A stretch of 64,000 bases of DNA. Origin: Promethearchaeota archaeon (GTDB lineage Archaea; Asgardarchaeota; Lokiarchaeia; Sigyniarchaeales; SOKP01). Location: the NCBI GenBank assembly GCA_019058445.1, contig JAHPZA010000001.1, forward strand, positions 106,203 to 170,202, read 5' to 3'. The notes under the pieces were generated by a model, which searched no databases, was not told where the DNA came from, and saw only the letters and a program-made list of their open reading frames with translations. Positions 63,138 to 64,000 of the stretch are shown here, in pieces. The translations under genes were made by a program, and so were the position numbers. Within the stretch, counting starts at the first letter, position 1. Each line of letters begins with the position of its first letter.

Positions 63138-64000
63138 ATGGATATTGCTATTATAAACACTTGGTTAATAACTTTTGAAGGAAAAGGTTTAGGAATAATT
63201 CAGAACGGGGGTATCGGAGTAGAAAATGAGAAAATTAGCTTTGTAGGTAAAATGGAAGATTTTAACTCATATAAAAAAGCTGATTTGATAATCGAAGGAA
63301 ATAATACTCATGTTACAATGCCTGGATTGATTAATGGTCATACACATTCTGCTTTAACACTATGTCGTGGGACTGCTAATGATTTACCTGAAATAGAATA
63401 TATCCCAAAGGGACTTGGTATATTTGCTAGTCATTTAAAAGCTGAGGATATTATTCTGGGAACTAAACTTGCTGTCTTAGAAGGTTTAAAAACCGGGACG
63501 ACGACATTTACAGAATATGGAATAGGTTTATTAGATATTGTTAAGAAAGTCTTCTTACCGTTTAAAGCTCGAGTTGTGGCTACAGAAATGATAAGTGAAT
63601 TAAACTTTAATGAAGAAAAAAAGCCAAATGAGCTTTATACTTTTTATAAGTATTTAGGAACAAATGCATTTAAGCGTGCTATTAGATTATACAAGGAATT
63701 CAAAAATAACGATCTTATTTCTGTGATGTATGGTCCAAATGCGTTGGATATGGTTTCAATGGAAATGATAAAAAATGTCAAGAATCAAGCAGCTGTAGAT
63801 GGAACAAAAATACATATGCACATTGCACAGGGAGGGAGGGAACGCGTTCAAATTACAAAGCGTTATGGAAAAAATATGACTGCCATAAAATTACTTAAGA
63901 AAAATGGTTTATTAGATCCAAGACTTATAGCAGCTCATATTCATGATACTACTGAAGCGGAGAGAGAACAGTTGGTAAAAAAAGGAGTTAAAATGGTGGG
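63138..64000 (+). CDS. Amidohydrolase (MTA/SAH deaminase-like), partial
   Basis: MPGLINGHTH, GTTTF, IHMHIAQ, AAH; runs off the window. Confidence 0.88.
   Translation, partial: MDIAIINTWLITFEGKGLGIIQNGGIGVENEKISFVGKMEDFNSYKKADLIIEGNNTHVTMPGLINGHTHSALTLCRGTANDLPEIEYIPKGLGIFASHLKAEDIILGTKLAVLEGLKTGTTTFTEYGIGLLDIVKKVFLPFKARVVATEMISELNFNEEKKPNELYTFYKYLGTNAFKRAIRLYKEFKNNDLISVMYGPNALDMVSMEMIKNVKNQAAVDGTKIHMHIAQGGRERVQITKRYGKNMTAIKLLKKNGLLDPRLIAAHIHDTTEAEREQLVKKGVKMV

Overview
AT-rich archaeal chromosomal segment, most likely from an Asgard archaeon (Lokiarchaeia-like). This is inferred from PolD, Orc1/Cdc6, unsplit Rpo2, TFE, PAN and CarS occurring together with three small GTPases (two Rab-like, one Arf/Rag-like) and roadblock/longin-type proteins. 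Most of the window is housekeeping. Four tRNA genes (Leu-GAG, Thr-CGT, Lys-TTT, Cys-GCA) each carry an intron at a non-canonical position. The standout region is ~39-53 kb, where a 14-kb accessory block with no recognisable integrase separates nrdD from its activase nrdG. It holds defence-type genes (HNH-NTPase, Shedu, ABC-ATPase-Schlafen, HD/DUF2284/radical SAM), a diverged stop-riddled second copy of the nrdD 3' end (50298-50738), and a free-standing Zn-ribbon + intein-like Hint/LAGLIDADG protein with no C-extein. This layout resembles yeast WHO/HO homing elements, here apparently targeting nrdD. All calls come from reading motifs by eye; no database searches were run.
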